Shown here in pieces: positions 39,392-50,836 of a stretch of DNA of 64,000 nt. Every line of letters begins with the position of its first letter. Position 1 is the first letter of the stretch. This stretch comes from Basidiobolus meristosporus CBS 931.73. Its lineage: Eukaryota; Fungi; Basidiobolomycota. The notes under the pieces are model-generated. The model did not search any database and was not told the origin of the DNA. It saw only the letters and a program-made list of their open reading frames with translations. The position numbers and the translations under genes are program-made. The stretch covers positions 1 to 64,000 of the forward strand of contig MCFE01000320.1 in the NCBI GenBank assembly GCA_002104905.1, written 5' to 3'.

Positions 39392-42300
39392 ATGTCTACT
39401 ACTGCTATTACTGGAATTTTTCCCTCTGCTGAAAAGTTGGATGGATCTAACTACCAAGTGTGGAAGGTGAAGATGAAGATGCTGCTACAAGAAAGAGGCC
39501 TTTGGGATATTGTCATGGGAGAAGAATGCCCTCCTAAAAACGTGGGAGAGGAAGCCTTAAAGTACCAGAAGAAAGAACAAAGTGCCTTTAACTGCATTTG
39601 CCTTAATGTCAAGGACAAATTGCTAATTCAATGCTCAAGAGCAAAAACGGCAAAGAATGCCTGGAAGGCATTAGAAGACACCTACCAGTCATGTTCAGCT
39701 GCCAAGAAAATGTATCTGAGAAGAAAATTCTTTACTACAAAGATGCTGCCAGGAGAAGAAATGAAAAATCTAATTAACAGAATTACCCTGCTGGTAGATG
39801 AGATGGAATCTGTGGGCGTACCAACTACTGATGAGGATGTGATAGTTACCATCCTGAATAGCCTGACAGACAAGTTTCAGGGCCTTGTATCAGCCCTAGA
39901 GTCCAGAACTGAAGATTTGACCTTAAATTACGTATATGGAAGGCTCCTGGATGAAGAATTAAGAAAATCAAGCGCCAATAAGAAGGAAGAAGAAAATGCT
40001 TTAATAAGCAATGATAACCAACAAAGGAGGTACCCAAGACCCTACAAAGGCAACAGCAACCTATTTTGCAACTACTGCAAAAGGAAAGGACACACATCAG
40101 ACCGGTGTTTCAAAAAGAGAGATTATCAGCAAAAGAAGCCTGAATATGGAAATGCTGCAACAACTGAAGATAGACTATTCATATCTGCACTAAATATGAC
40201 CACAAACAAGGATTCTTAGACGTGGTATATTGACTCTGGAGCTTCTCAACACTTTACACACCAAAAAGAACTTTTTACCCAATATCAAGAAATTCCAATT
40301 AAGAAGGTTTTCATGGGTGACGATAGAACACTTGATGCAGTGGGAGAAGGAACTATCCAAGTAAACCTTAGAAGCAGTGAAGGAAGCCATACACTGACCT
40401 TTAAAGAAGTACTCTATGTACCAGAAATAGCCAAGAACCTACTCTCTGTAAGCAAGGCCCCAGCAGAAGGACTCAGTTTCAGCTTTAACAATTCTGGATG
40501 CAGGATCACTGATCAAAATGGTGCTCATATTGCTTCGGGCATCAGAGATCAGAACCTATACAAGTTGACTTATATTCCATCATATCTGGAAGCCAATATA
40601 AGTAACTTAAATGAAGAAACACCAATGCTTTGGCACAGGAGATTTGGACACATCAATTTTGATTATTTGCGCAAAATGATCAAAGATCAGCTAATTTCTG
40701 GAGTAAAAATTGATCCCCCAGCTAATTTGGAGCACTGTGAAGCCTGCATATATGGGAAACAAGCCAGACAACCGTTCAAGAGCTCTGGGTTAATCAAAAC
40801 TAAGAAAAAATTAGATCTAATTCACTCAGATCTGTGTGGACCTATGCAAAATTTATCCTTAGGCGGGATGAAGTATTTAATCACTTTTATTGATGATTAT
40901 ACAAGATACACATGGGTCTACTTCATGGAGAGAAAGGAAGAAGCTCTGTCTAAGCTCAGGGAGTTTAAAGCTATGGTGGAGAGAGAAACTGGTGAAAAAA
41001 TCAAGAAAATACGCTCTGACAATGGTGGAGAATATACCTCAAAACTCTTCATCCACTTCTGCAAAATTCATGGGATAAAGCAAGAGACTACTGTACCATA
41101 CTCCCCACAGCAAAATGGAGTAGCAGAACGAGCTAACAGATCAATAATTGATATGGCAAGATCTATGATCCATGATCAAAAATTATCCTATGATTTTTGG
41201 GCGGAATCAGTTGCCACTGCTGTATACCTTAAAAATAGGAGTTATAACAGAATACTTCGTGATTCTACTCCATTTGAAGCATGGTATGGATACAGACCAA
41301 GTGCAGAACATCTAAGAATATTTGGGTGCACAGCATATGCCAAAAAACTGGCCGGAAATCAGTCAAAATTTGAGCCAAAAAGTGTAAAATGCATATTTTT
41401 GGGCTACTGCAATGAGAGTAAGGCATACAGACTCTACAATACCAAAGCAAAGAAGCTTATCAAGTCCAGGGATGTGTTGTTTGATGAAAATTCAAAATTT
41501 TCACAAAAAATGACATCAGATGATAACGAAAATTTGATCTCAAGTCCACCAATTGTCAGGATTGAATCAGAGCAAAACAATGAAAATTTTTTCACTCCAG
41601 AGGACTCTACAACCGTGGTTCAGCCAGAATCAGTGCCCAGGAATATCCCAGAAGTGATCATTCCAGTATCAAATGCCCGGAGATCCAATCGGACAAGAAA
41701 TAGCCCAAATTACTATATCAATGAGGGTACAAACTTAGCCTATGCCTATTCAGTCCATGTTGATGAACCCCAGACTGTAAAAGAGGCCCTAAATAGCCCT
41801 CAGACAAAGTTTTGGAGATCTGCAATGACTGAGGAATATCAGGCACTGATGGAAAATCAAACTTGGGACTTGGTCAAATTACCAATCAACCGAAAATCAA
41901 TTGGATGCAGATGGGTCTTCAAGACAAAATACAAGGCTGATGGTACAATTGAAAGATACAAAGCAAGACTTGTAGCCAAAGGATACTCTCAAACAAAAGG
42001 ACTTGACTATACTGAGACCTTTGCACCGGTAGCCAAGTTTAATTCCATCAGATTAATATTGGCTATTGCAGCCAAATATAAGTTTTTTATTCATCAAATG
42101 GATGTAAAAACTGCATTTTTGAATGGAGAACTTGATGAGGACGTGTATATGGACCAGCCTGATGGGTTTGTTGACCAAGATAACCCCCATTTGGTCTGCA
42201 AGCTTAAAAAGTCACTATATGGTCTCAAACAATCACCAAGAGCCTGGAATTGCAAGATAGATTCTTATTTGGAATCTTTGAGTTTCAAAAGGAGTAATGC

Positions 42301-43336
42301 TGACTATAGTATATACTATAAGCCAGATAGAGCAAATCCAGTTCTATTAGCTCTATATGTGGATGATCTTATTATAGCCGCCAATAACCTAGAAACATTG
42401 GAAGAGACTAAATCCAGCCTATCTAAGGAGTTCAAGATGTCCGATCTAGGAGAACTTAGTTACTACTTAGGGATTAAGTTCTCCATAGACAGAAGTACCC
42501 AGACTATTACCCTAAGCCAATCCAAGTATATTCAAGATATACTAAAGAAGTACAAAATGGAAGACTGTAAACCGGCAGCTACCCCAATGGAGACAAACCT
42601 TAACTTGGTCAAAACTCAACCAAATCAAGAGAGCTTGGTGCCATCTGAAAGCCCTGACTTTCCTTATCAATCTATGGTCGGCAGTCTGATGTATATCATG
42701 CTTGGAACACGTCCAGATATCTCATATTCAGTGGGAGTTGTCAGCCAACATAATCAGAGCTATGGATCTGATCATATTGCAGCAGTTAAGCGGATTTTTA
42801 GATACCTAAAAGGAACTGCTGATATCTGCCTAAGATACACTTATAAGGACTCAGAACAAGATCTTGTGGGATACTCTGATGCAGATTGGGGACGAAATTT
42901 AGAAGACAGAAGATCCACCACAGGATACACCTTTCTTTACTGTCAAGGAGCAATTTCATGGAATTCAAGAAAGCAACCAACCGTAGCACTTTCTACTACA
43001 GAGGCAGAGTATATGGCAGCCTGTGAAGCTACAAAAGAAGCAATGTGGTTAAGAAAGCTCTTTACAGATTTAGGCTTATGTCAAAAAACGCCTATTACTT
43101 TATTTCAAGATAATCAAGGATGTATACAATTAGGTAGAAATCCAACTTTTCATGCTAGAACCAAGCACATAGATATTAGACATCATTTCATACGTGAAGC
43201 TATAGAGAACAACTTAGTTAGCTTAGTTTACTGTCCTACAGATGAAATGATTGCAGACATATTTACCAAACCATTAGTTAGAGACAAGTTTGAATATCTT
43301 AGGTCAAAATTGGGACTAGTTAGTATGAACATTTAG
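39392..43336 (+). CDS. gag-pol polyprotein of element C (one in-frame TAG at 40217-40219)
   Basis: Zn knuckle CNYCKRKGHTSDRC, protease WYIDSGAS, integrase HHCC plus SDNGGEY/QNGVAER, RT YVDD, RNase H YSDADW...IDIRHHFIRE; copia domain order. Confidence 0.93.
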
Positions 43337-43347
43337 CTGAGTGGGAG
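43337..43347 (+). promoter_or_regulatory. Polypurine tract of element C
   Basis: CTGAGTGGGAG between pol stop and 3' LTR; equivalent CTAAGTGGGAG in A. Confidence 0.75.
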
Positions 43348-46300
43348 TGTTGTAAAAATTCGTATTTTCCACCTAAATATTCACCTAACTTAGTCACTTA
43401 GATCATCACCTTCAAATCCTAGAGAATACTGACCAAATTCCTTGTCGGGATTTACTTAGAATATTTTCACCAAAATACCAGGTACCCAGAACATGAAAAT
43501 TCTCAAAGTTGTCCAAACAGCCCCAAACTTTGCACACATGTTCTTGGGACCTTCCTTAACCTATTCTACGTGTTTTTAATGCCAAGACCATGTAAAAGTA
43601 TAAATACTACTTTTACATTCAATAAATCATTAAGTGAAAACCACATAATCTACTTGTTCTCCAAATCACTTCCAATATCTCCAAGACTCTTACAACAGCA
43701 AGATCTATGCTCCATGATCATAAATTATCCTATGATTTTTGGGTGGAATCAGTTGCCACAGCTGTATACCTCAAAAATAGGAGTTATAACAGAGTACTTT
43801 GCAATTCTACTCCATTTGCAGCATGGTATGGGTACAGACCAAGTGCCAAACATTTCAGAATATTTGGGTGTACAGCATATGCCAAGAAACTGCCTGGAAA
43901 TCAGTGAATATTTGAGCCAAAAAGTGTAAAATGCATATTTTTGGGCTACTGCAATGAGGGTAAAGCATGCAGACTCTACAATGCCAAAGCAAAGAAGCTA
44001 ATCAAGGCCAGGGATATGCTATTTGATGAAAATTCAAAATACTTACAAATTATGGCACTAGATAATGACAAAAATCAGAGCTCAAGTCCACTAATTGTCA
44101 GAATTGAATCACAACAAAACAATGAGAGTTTTTTCACTCCAGAGTACTCTATAGCCATTTTCAGCCTGAATTAGTGCCAAGGAATATCCCAGAAGTGATC
44201 ATTCCAGTATCAAATGCATGGAGATCCAACAGGACAAGAAATAGCCCAAATTATTATATCCATGAGGGTACAAACTTAGCCTATGCCTATTGAGTCCATA
44301 TTGATGAGCCAAAGACTGTAAAAGAGGCCCTAAATAGCCCTCAAACAAAGTTTTGGAGATCTGCAATGACTGAGAAATATCAGGCCCTGATGGAAAATCA
44401 AATTTGGGGCTTAGTCAAATAACCAATCAACCAAAATCTATTGGATGCAGATGGGTATTCAAAACAAAATACAAGGCTGATAGTAATATTGAAAGATAAA
44501 AAGCAAGACTTGTGACCAAAGGATACTTTCAAACAAAAGGACTTAACTATACTAAGACCTTTGCACTGGTAGCCAGGTTTAATTCCATCAGATTAATATT
44601 GGTTATTGCAGCCAAATATAAGTTTTTTATTCATCAAATGGATGCAAAAACTGCTTTTTTGAATGGAAAACCTGATGAGGACATGTATATGAGCCAGCCT
44701 GATGGGTTTGCTGACCAAGATAACCCCATTTGGTCTGCAAGCTTAAAAGTCTTTATATGGTCTCAAACAATCACCAAGATCCTGGAATTGCAAAATAGAT
44801 TCTTATTTGAAATCTCTGAGTTTCAAAAGGACTAATGCTGACTATGGTATATACTATAAGCCAGATAGAGCAAGTCTGGTTCTATTAGCTCTATATGTGG
44901 ATGATCTTATTATAGCCATCAGTAACCAAGCAACATTGGAAGAGACTAAATCCAGCCTATCAAAGGAGTTCAAGATGTCCAATCTAGGAGAACTCAGTTA
45001 CTATGTAGAGATTAAGTTCTCCATAGACAGAAGTACCCAGACTATCACCCTAAGCCAATCCAGATATATTCAAGATATACTAAAGAAGTACCAAATGGAA
45101 GACTGTAAACCAGCAGCTACCCCAATGGAGACAAACCTTAGCTTGGTCAAAACTCAACCAAAGCAAGAGAGCTTGGTGCCATCTGAAAGCCCTGACTTTC
45201 CTTATCAGTCTATGGTTAGCAGACCAATGTATATCATGTATATCATGCTTTGAACACAACCAAAATTCTCATATTCAGTGGGAGTTGTCAGCCAGCATAA
45301 TCTGAACTATGGATTTGCTAATTTTGCAGCAGTTAAGCAAATTTTTAGATACCTAAAAGGATCTGCTGACATCTGCTTAAGATACACTTATAGGGATTCT
45401 GAACAGGATTTTTTGGGATACTCTGATGCTAAATGCGGTCAAAATTTGGAAGACAGAAGATCCACCACAGGATACACATTTCTTTACTGTAAAGGAGCAA
45501 TGTCATGGAATTCAAGAAAGCAACCAACTGTAGCACTTTCTACCACAGAGGCAGAGTATATGGCAGCCTGTGAAGCTACAAAAGAAGCAATTAGGCTCAG
45601 GAAGCTTTATAAAGATTTAGGCTTATGTCAAAAAACACCTATTACTTTTTTTCAAGATAATTAAGGATGTATAAAATTAGGTAGAGATCCAACTTTTCAT
45701 GCTAGAGCTAAGCACATACATATTAGACACCATTTCATATGTAAAGCCATAGAGAATAGCTTGGTTAACTTAGCTTACTGTCCTACAGAAGAAATGATTA
45801 TAGACACATTCACCAAGCCATTAGCTAGAAAGATGCTTAAATATCTTAGGTCAAAATTAGGACTAGTCAGTGTGAGCATTTAATTGTGCAGAAGTGTTGT
45901 AGAGTTTGTAATTCCACCTGAGTATTCACCTAACTTAGTCACTTAGATCATTACCTTCAAATCCTAGAGAATACTGACCAAAATCCTTGTTGGGATTAGA
46001 AGATTTCTGCAATAATATCAGGTACCCAGAACATAAAGATTTGATAAGCTTTCCAAACAGTCCCAAACTTTTCACACATGCTCTTAGGACCTTCCTAAAC
46101 ATATTCTATGTGTTTGTTATGCCAAGACCATGTAAAAGTATTTATACTACTTTTACATTCAATAAATCATCAAGTGAAAACCACATAATCTACTTGTTTG
46201 GCCAATCACTTCCAGTATCACCAAAACTCTTGCAACATATCTTGCCAAGTCCATGTGAAAGTATAAATACTACTTTTACATTTGATAAATCATTTAGTGA

Positions 46301-46436
46301 AAGTCACATGATCTACTTGTTCTCCCAATCACTTCCAATATCTCCAAATCTCCCATAACCAAACTACCAGCCAACCAAAAATCCATTGGATGCATATTGG
46401 TCTTCAAGACAAAATATAAGGCTGATGGGGAATATT

Positions 46437-46687
46437 ACTTTTGAATGGTCCTGGCAAAGGAAACCCATAAAATATGTTAAGGAAGGTTTGAAAAACGTGT
46501 GTGCAAAGTTGGGTGCTATTTGGATAGCTTACAACATTTTCACCAAAACATTAGGTACCCAGAACATGAAGAATTGTAAAGTAAATCCCAACCAGGAATT
46601 TGGCCAGAATTCTCAGAGATTTGTAGGTAATGATCTAAGTGACTAAGTTAGGGGAATATTTAGGTGGAATTCCGAATTTTTACAACA
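46437..46687 (-). repeat. Degenerate copia family-2 LTR fragment, last repeat before the gene island
   Basis: Ends TTTTTACAACA; followed by a short +-strand LTR-end fragment to ~46726. Confidence 0.75.
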
Positions 46688-46873
46688 CTTCCGATCACTC
46701 CCAATATCTCCAATACTCCCACAACATTTATAAGACTACTGATAAGGTGTAGCAGGGGCGAGGTGGTGGAGAAGGGAAAGAGCAAGGGATAGGGATAGCT
46801 GACGGGAATGCGGGAGGAAGGGAAGGGAAAGGGATGAAGGATTGAAGATGTTGGCTGAAATACCATGTGTGCC

Positions 46874-47804
46874 TTACATGTAAGAGCTGGTGGCCAGGCC
46901 CAGTGCAAAAGTGTAGAGCCTAGAATCGATCACCAGACTCGGATCGTCAGCTTGAATACCTATCGAAGAAGTTACATCAAGTGAATCACCCAACCAAGTG
47001 GAAGCTTCATACCAGTCAAGATATTCAAGAGGGTGTGGTCACACGGCAGAACGATTGTCTTCAGACTCCATTCGTCCGCTTCGAGAGTAGGCTGTGGATT
47101 CTGATTCTCCTTCCGGTGCACGTCAATCTGGGAATGTAAGGAATGAAACGGGCCGAACCCATGGTGAGCACATTACCTACCAACCAACCTTCCACACACA
47201 CTCCCTACACGCACACATTCTTACCTTGACATAAGCTACTCTGCAACAGGAATCAGTCAGCCCTGGTTCGTAGCAGATGACGGGTCCGATATTGACCACC
47301 TCCCCGACGTACCCGGTCTCTTCTTTTAATTCTCTTAAAGCGGCAGACTTCACATCCTCGCCCTCATCGATCAGCCCTAGTGGTATGCAAGTGAGCTCTT
47401 CAACGGTGTTTGGAAGAACGACGTAGAAACTCAAAGGAAACTACCTGAGGGAAACTCAATGGTGTACGCATCCACAGCCGGCCGGTACTGAACCACCAGA
47501 ACAATGCTTCTTTGCTCCAGTAGGTGAAAGGTCGCCACTACATCTACAGCTGGGAGTGGGTCAGGCTGGGAGGCTATTTGAAGTGAGAGAACCGGGGGAC
47601 CACTTTACCATTAATTACTCTCTTCTCCGACTCGATTTTCTTGTTAACGGTAGTTCTACGACACACCTCCCATTGTCGGGTTTCTCCTGTGTGTGCTGGA
47701 GTGTAATAGATCCTTTCCAAGTTCAACCACTGCCCGTTCCCAAGCCTCTCGGAAGGCTTGGAGTCTCGAATAACTTGAGTAAGGTTGAAGGTGTTGTTGG
47801 TCAT
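46874..47804 (-). CDS. YSA1: ADP-ribose pyrophosphatase, Nudix family (NUDT5/YSA1-like), about 5 exons
   Basis: GQWLNLERIYYT...RQWEVCRRTT; LVVQYRPAV..YTIEFPSG|LIDEGEDVKSAALRELKEETGY Nudix box; C-terminal IDSRLYTFALG; GT-AG introns give a continuous frame. Confidence 0.88.
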
Positions 47805-48533
47805 TTTGCCGGTGAAGTGAGAACACCAGCAAGGGATGGGAGGAGAACAGTATAATATGTAAGATGCAAGCCACTGAACTCTGGAATGATCAATACCCCA
47901 ATCCGATATTCCAGAGCGGATGGATGTGGCATCAATCGAGATGCGATCTGAAGTCACAAACCGCAAATGCCGGTGAAATCCAGGAGCCAACATGCATGCA
48001 TGAAAGTCTCGGCTTGTCTGGAAATCGGGTGGTGAGGGCCAATTTGGAAGCGAGTGTGACAATCCCAGCTCCGATATGGTTAGAGAGCATCCAAACAATG
48101 CAATAGAATGGGCTCAGCACGTAACATCTGTTCATCCATGCTCTCCCTATAATGAGCCATTCCATTCAATGCATGTATAAATCGAGGGGGGGGGGCCGCA
48201 TAAAAAAAGATCAAGAAAAAATTTCTTTTTTTTCCTACGGGATCTGGGGTCGATTGGAAACACTGTTCAACAAGTATATCTCTATGAATCGAGTAATCCA
48301 AACCCCTACCACTTCTCTGGGCGGGCCCGAGGTATATAAGCGATCCTCTAGGTTGATGGGATTTTTTTTGACACGCGTGTATACAAGATTTCCTTGATCA
48401 CCTCGCTTGTTTCTAGTTTTCGAAGTTGAAGTTACTTTTTCAGTTGCAACAACAGCCCAACTGGAGATCTACCTCATCTCCCTTCCTCCGACCGAACCAA
48501 CTGTCCACTCTTGGAGTTTAGCGTGCCAACAGT

Positions 48534-50836
48534 ATGCCGAGTGCTCTCGAGTTCGTTTCTTGTACGTGTTGTTTGACCGGTCGAACCTAAGCGTGTTACT
48601 TCCCGACTAACCCCTCACTCTCCATGTTTAGCTGGAGGCCAACACTTTGGCAAAGATACTGGTTTGGAATTCGTGAACAAGATCGGCCAGATAATTTTGA
48701 AGGCGAGGGTCGGTCAGTCTACGGCCACCCAGCAGGTGGAGGATACTTCGGCCTCCCTGAAACCCAAGGTTCGTGTGCTCGGGAGTGGTGTCGCTGGAAC
48801 AGACCTGAACTAACCAGAGTTTTCTATGTAGCGTGCCACGAGATCTCTTGCGAAGGCGCTTCACGCTTGGAATTCCGGTGTACCCATTCACATCCATGTG
48901 TTCAAGAAGAGCGATCATGCGTTGCTGGAGTGTTGGACGATCAATTTTGAGAGTTGGTAGGTGGCCTCGTCACGTCGACGCGATATCGTCCGGGCCCAAA
49001 ACTAACCTATCCGCACCTATTTTCAGGGACAGCAAACCGAACGAGCGCAGCAAGTTGGATTCGACGCAGCTCGTGTTGCTTCTACAGTCGATCTATTCGC
49101 AGATCCGATATTTGCCATTGCACTCACTGATCACTCGAGGTATCTTCCCCAAGGAGGAGATCGAATACTCTATCGCGTCGTACAGCAGCGTCTGCTCCAC
49201 TGACTGCTTTCCGTCGGGAGTGGATCTCACCAATCATCAGTTCAAAAGCGCCGCGACGTCCTTTGGGACCTTGAAGGTTGGGGTGATATACGAGAAAAAT
49301 CTAGAGGTGATGAAATTGGCCGAGGGCAAGGATAGCTTCGAATCATCTCCTGAGCAACCAACTCACCAGCAATTGGAGGGGCATCAACACCCACAACTCA
49401 AACGCAGATTCTCTGCACTGAATCGTCCAAGCAAATGCATCACCAAAAGTATCCATCTGTCATCTATGAAGATGCTGGCAACTCTGGAAGAAGAGGAGAG
49501 AGAAGATGCTGCGGAATTGAATGGGGTGGACATCGAGTCTGAGAAGAGACATGATGCGGCCAGCGAAGATAAATCGCCAACCTGGCTTTCTCGACCGGTC
49601 AGTATACCTGCGGCCTCACCGATTGCCAATACTCCCTGTCAATCTCTCAGCCATTTGTTTGCGGCGAGACATCATTACCCTCACAAGCCCGACGCTGTTG
49701 GTTCCGGGCTTGGTGGTTCGGCCGACATTAGACCCACCCACTTCCCTCGCAAGTCCTACAACTGCCAGCTCAATGTGACCCCTCCCCATTCGCCCCTTTC
49801 GCCCTTCAAGAATCACCATCAGCACAGCGGCTTCAGTGGAATGCATCTCCCCAAGTTCGGAGGTCGTCGATCCAGCATCTCTAGTCTAAATCCATCAGAG
49901 CTATTTGGATCACTGGTGGGAAGCTACGAGGAGTCCATTTTGAGCGGAAGAATGTCGGCCGTCCCGTCAAAACCCATTCACTTTACGGCACAGATCGGGG
50001 TGCTTGGTAAAGGGAAATGCAAACCGTCGCTCAAGTGCCCACCGCACCTCAACATGGATTTCCCCGCCTACTTCTATCAGCACGGGAATACGGAGTCGCC
50101 GTCGCCCTACGTGGGGACGGTCGACCTGGATCACCAAGACACGATAGACAAGCGATTCCCACACGGCTATAGGATTCCACCCAAGGGGCAGCTCCAGGTG
50201 ATCATCAAGAATCCGAACAAGACCGCGGTCAAGTTCTTCCTGATCCCGTACGATTTCTCGGACATGCCGGAGAACTCGAAGACCTTCCTGAGGCAAAAGT
50301 CGTACTCGGTCCCGGGGGCATGCAAGGAGAACCCAACGCTGCGATACGCGATCCACCTGCAATTCTGCTCCCCCTCGAGGAAGCGGATCTATCTGTACAA
50401 AAACATCCGACTCGTGTTCTCCCATCGGGTCCCGGACGGCAGTGAACGGCTAAAGGTTGTGTGCGAAGGGCCGGGGGAGCCCAAATACATCCCCGCCCTG
50501 AACCTACCCTCGAAACCAAGCCTCGCCCCCAAAGCCCCTGCGGTGGCGGACGATCCACCACCCATGGATGTGAATGGGAACCCCATACCACCTTTCTCGG
50601 CCGCCGACGCGTTCGCTAGACGCGAACTCCGCAAGCCCTCGATTACGTCCACCATCTCCGAAAGCTTGCTGAAGATGAAGCTAAGTGGAGAGGACCTACG
50701 GGTCGACCACGACCACGGCCACGGCCACCGTCACTATGAAAACCATGTGGAAATATCGGCGCCTTCCGAGAACGGGAGGCGGTCAGAGGGCCGGGAGTTT
50801 GCGGTGGTAGAGCCGGGCAAGGTATTGCCTAAATGA
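48534..50836 (+). CDS. FAM214: FAM214/ATOS-family protein (DUF4210 + Chromosome_seg), proposed 4 exons: 48534-48561, 48632-48768, 48832-48956, 49027-50836 (699 aa)
   Basis: SLVGSYEESILSGRMS...SPYVG...GYRIPPKGQLQVIIKNPNKTAVKFFLIPYD..DMP..SKTFLRQK...LRYAIHL...IYLYKNIRLVFS; three GT-AG introns with CTAAC branch points keep the frame. Confidence 0.85.

Larger units (their letters stand above)
39011..43697 (+). mobile_element. Very young Ty1/copia family-2 element C (LTRs 39011-39360 and 43348-43697)
   Basis: 350-bp LTRs differ at one position by eye (GTTTGTAATG vs GTTTTTAATG); perfect TSD GCAAG; inserted in the integrase of B. Confidence 0.97.
36055..46237 (+). mobile_element. Chimeric degenerate copia family-2 element B, host to LTR 37411-38222 and element C
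   Basis: 5' LTR 36055-36403 of young type, PBS, gag; pol 3' half and 3' LTR (45895-46237) share lesions with copy D. Confidence 0.85.

Noticed and set aside
40217-40225. Programmed gag-pol readthrough as an established feature
   Set aside because: Sister copies have sense codons here and the context TAG-ACG-TGG is not a known readthrough signal; kept only as a hypothesis.
30884-46726. Recurrent ~350-bp repeats resembling an array or CRISPR
   Set aside because: They are LTRs with TG...CA ends, PBS/PPT and TSDs in a eukaryotic context; no short repeat-spacer periodicity.
47556-48400. Several short ORFs between the Nudix and FAM214 genes
   Set aside because: Overlap the Nudix first exon or the divergent promoter; no homology cues.
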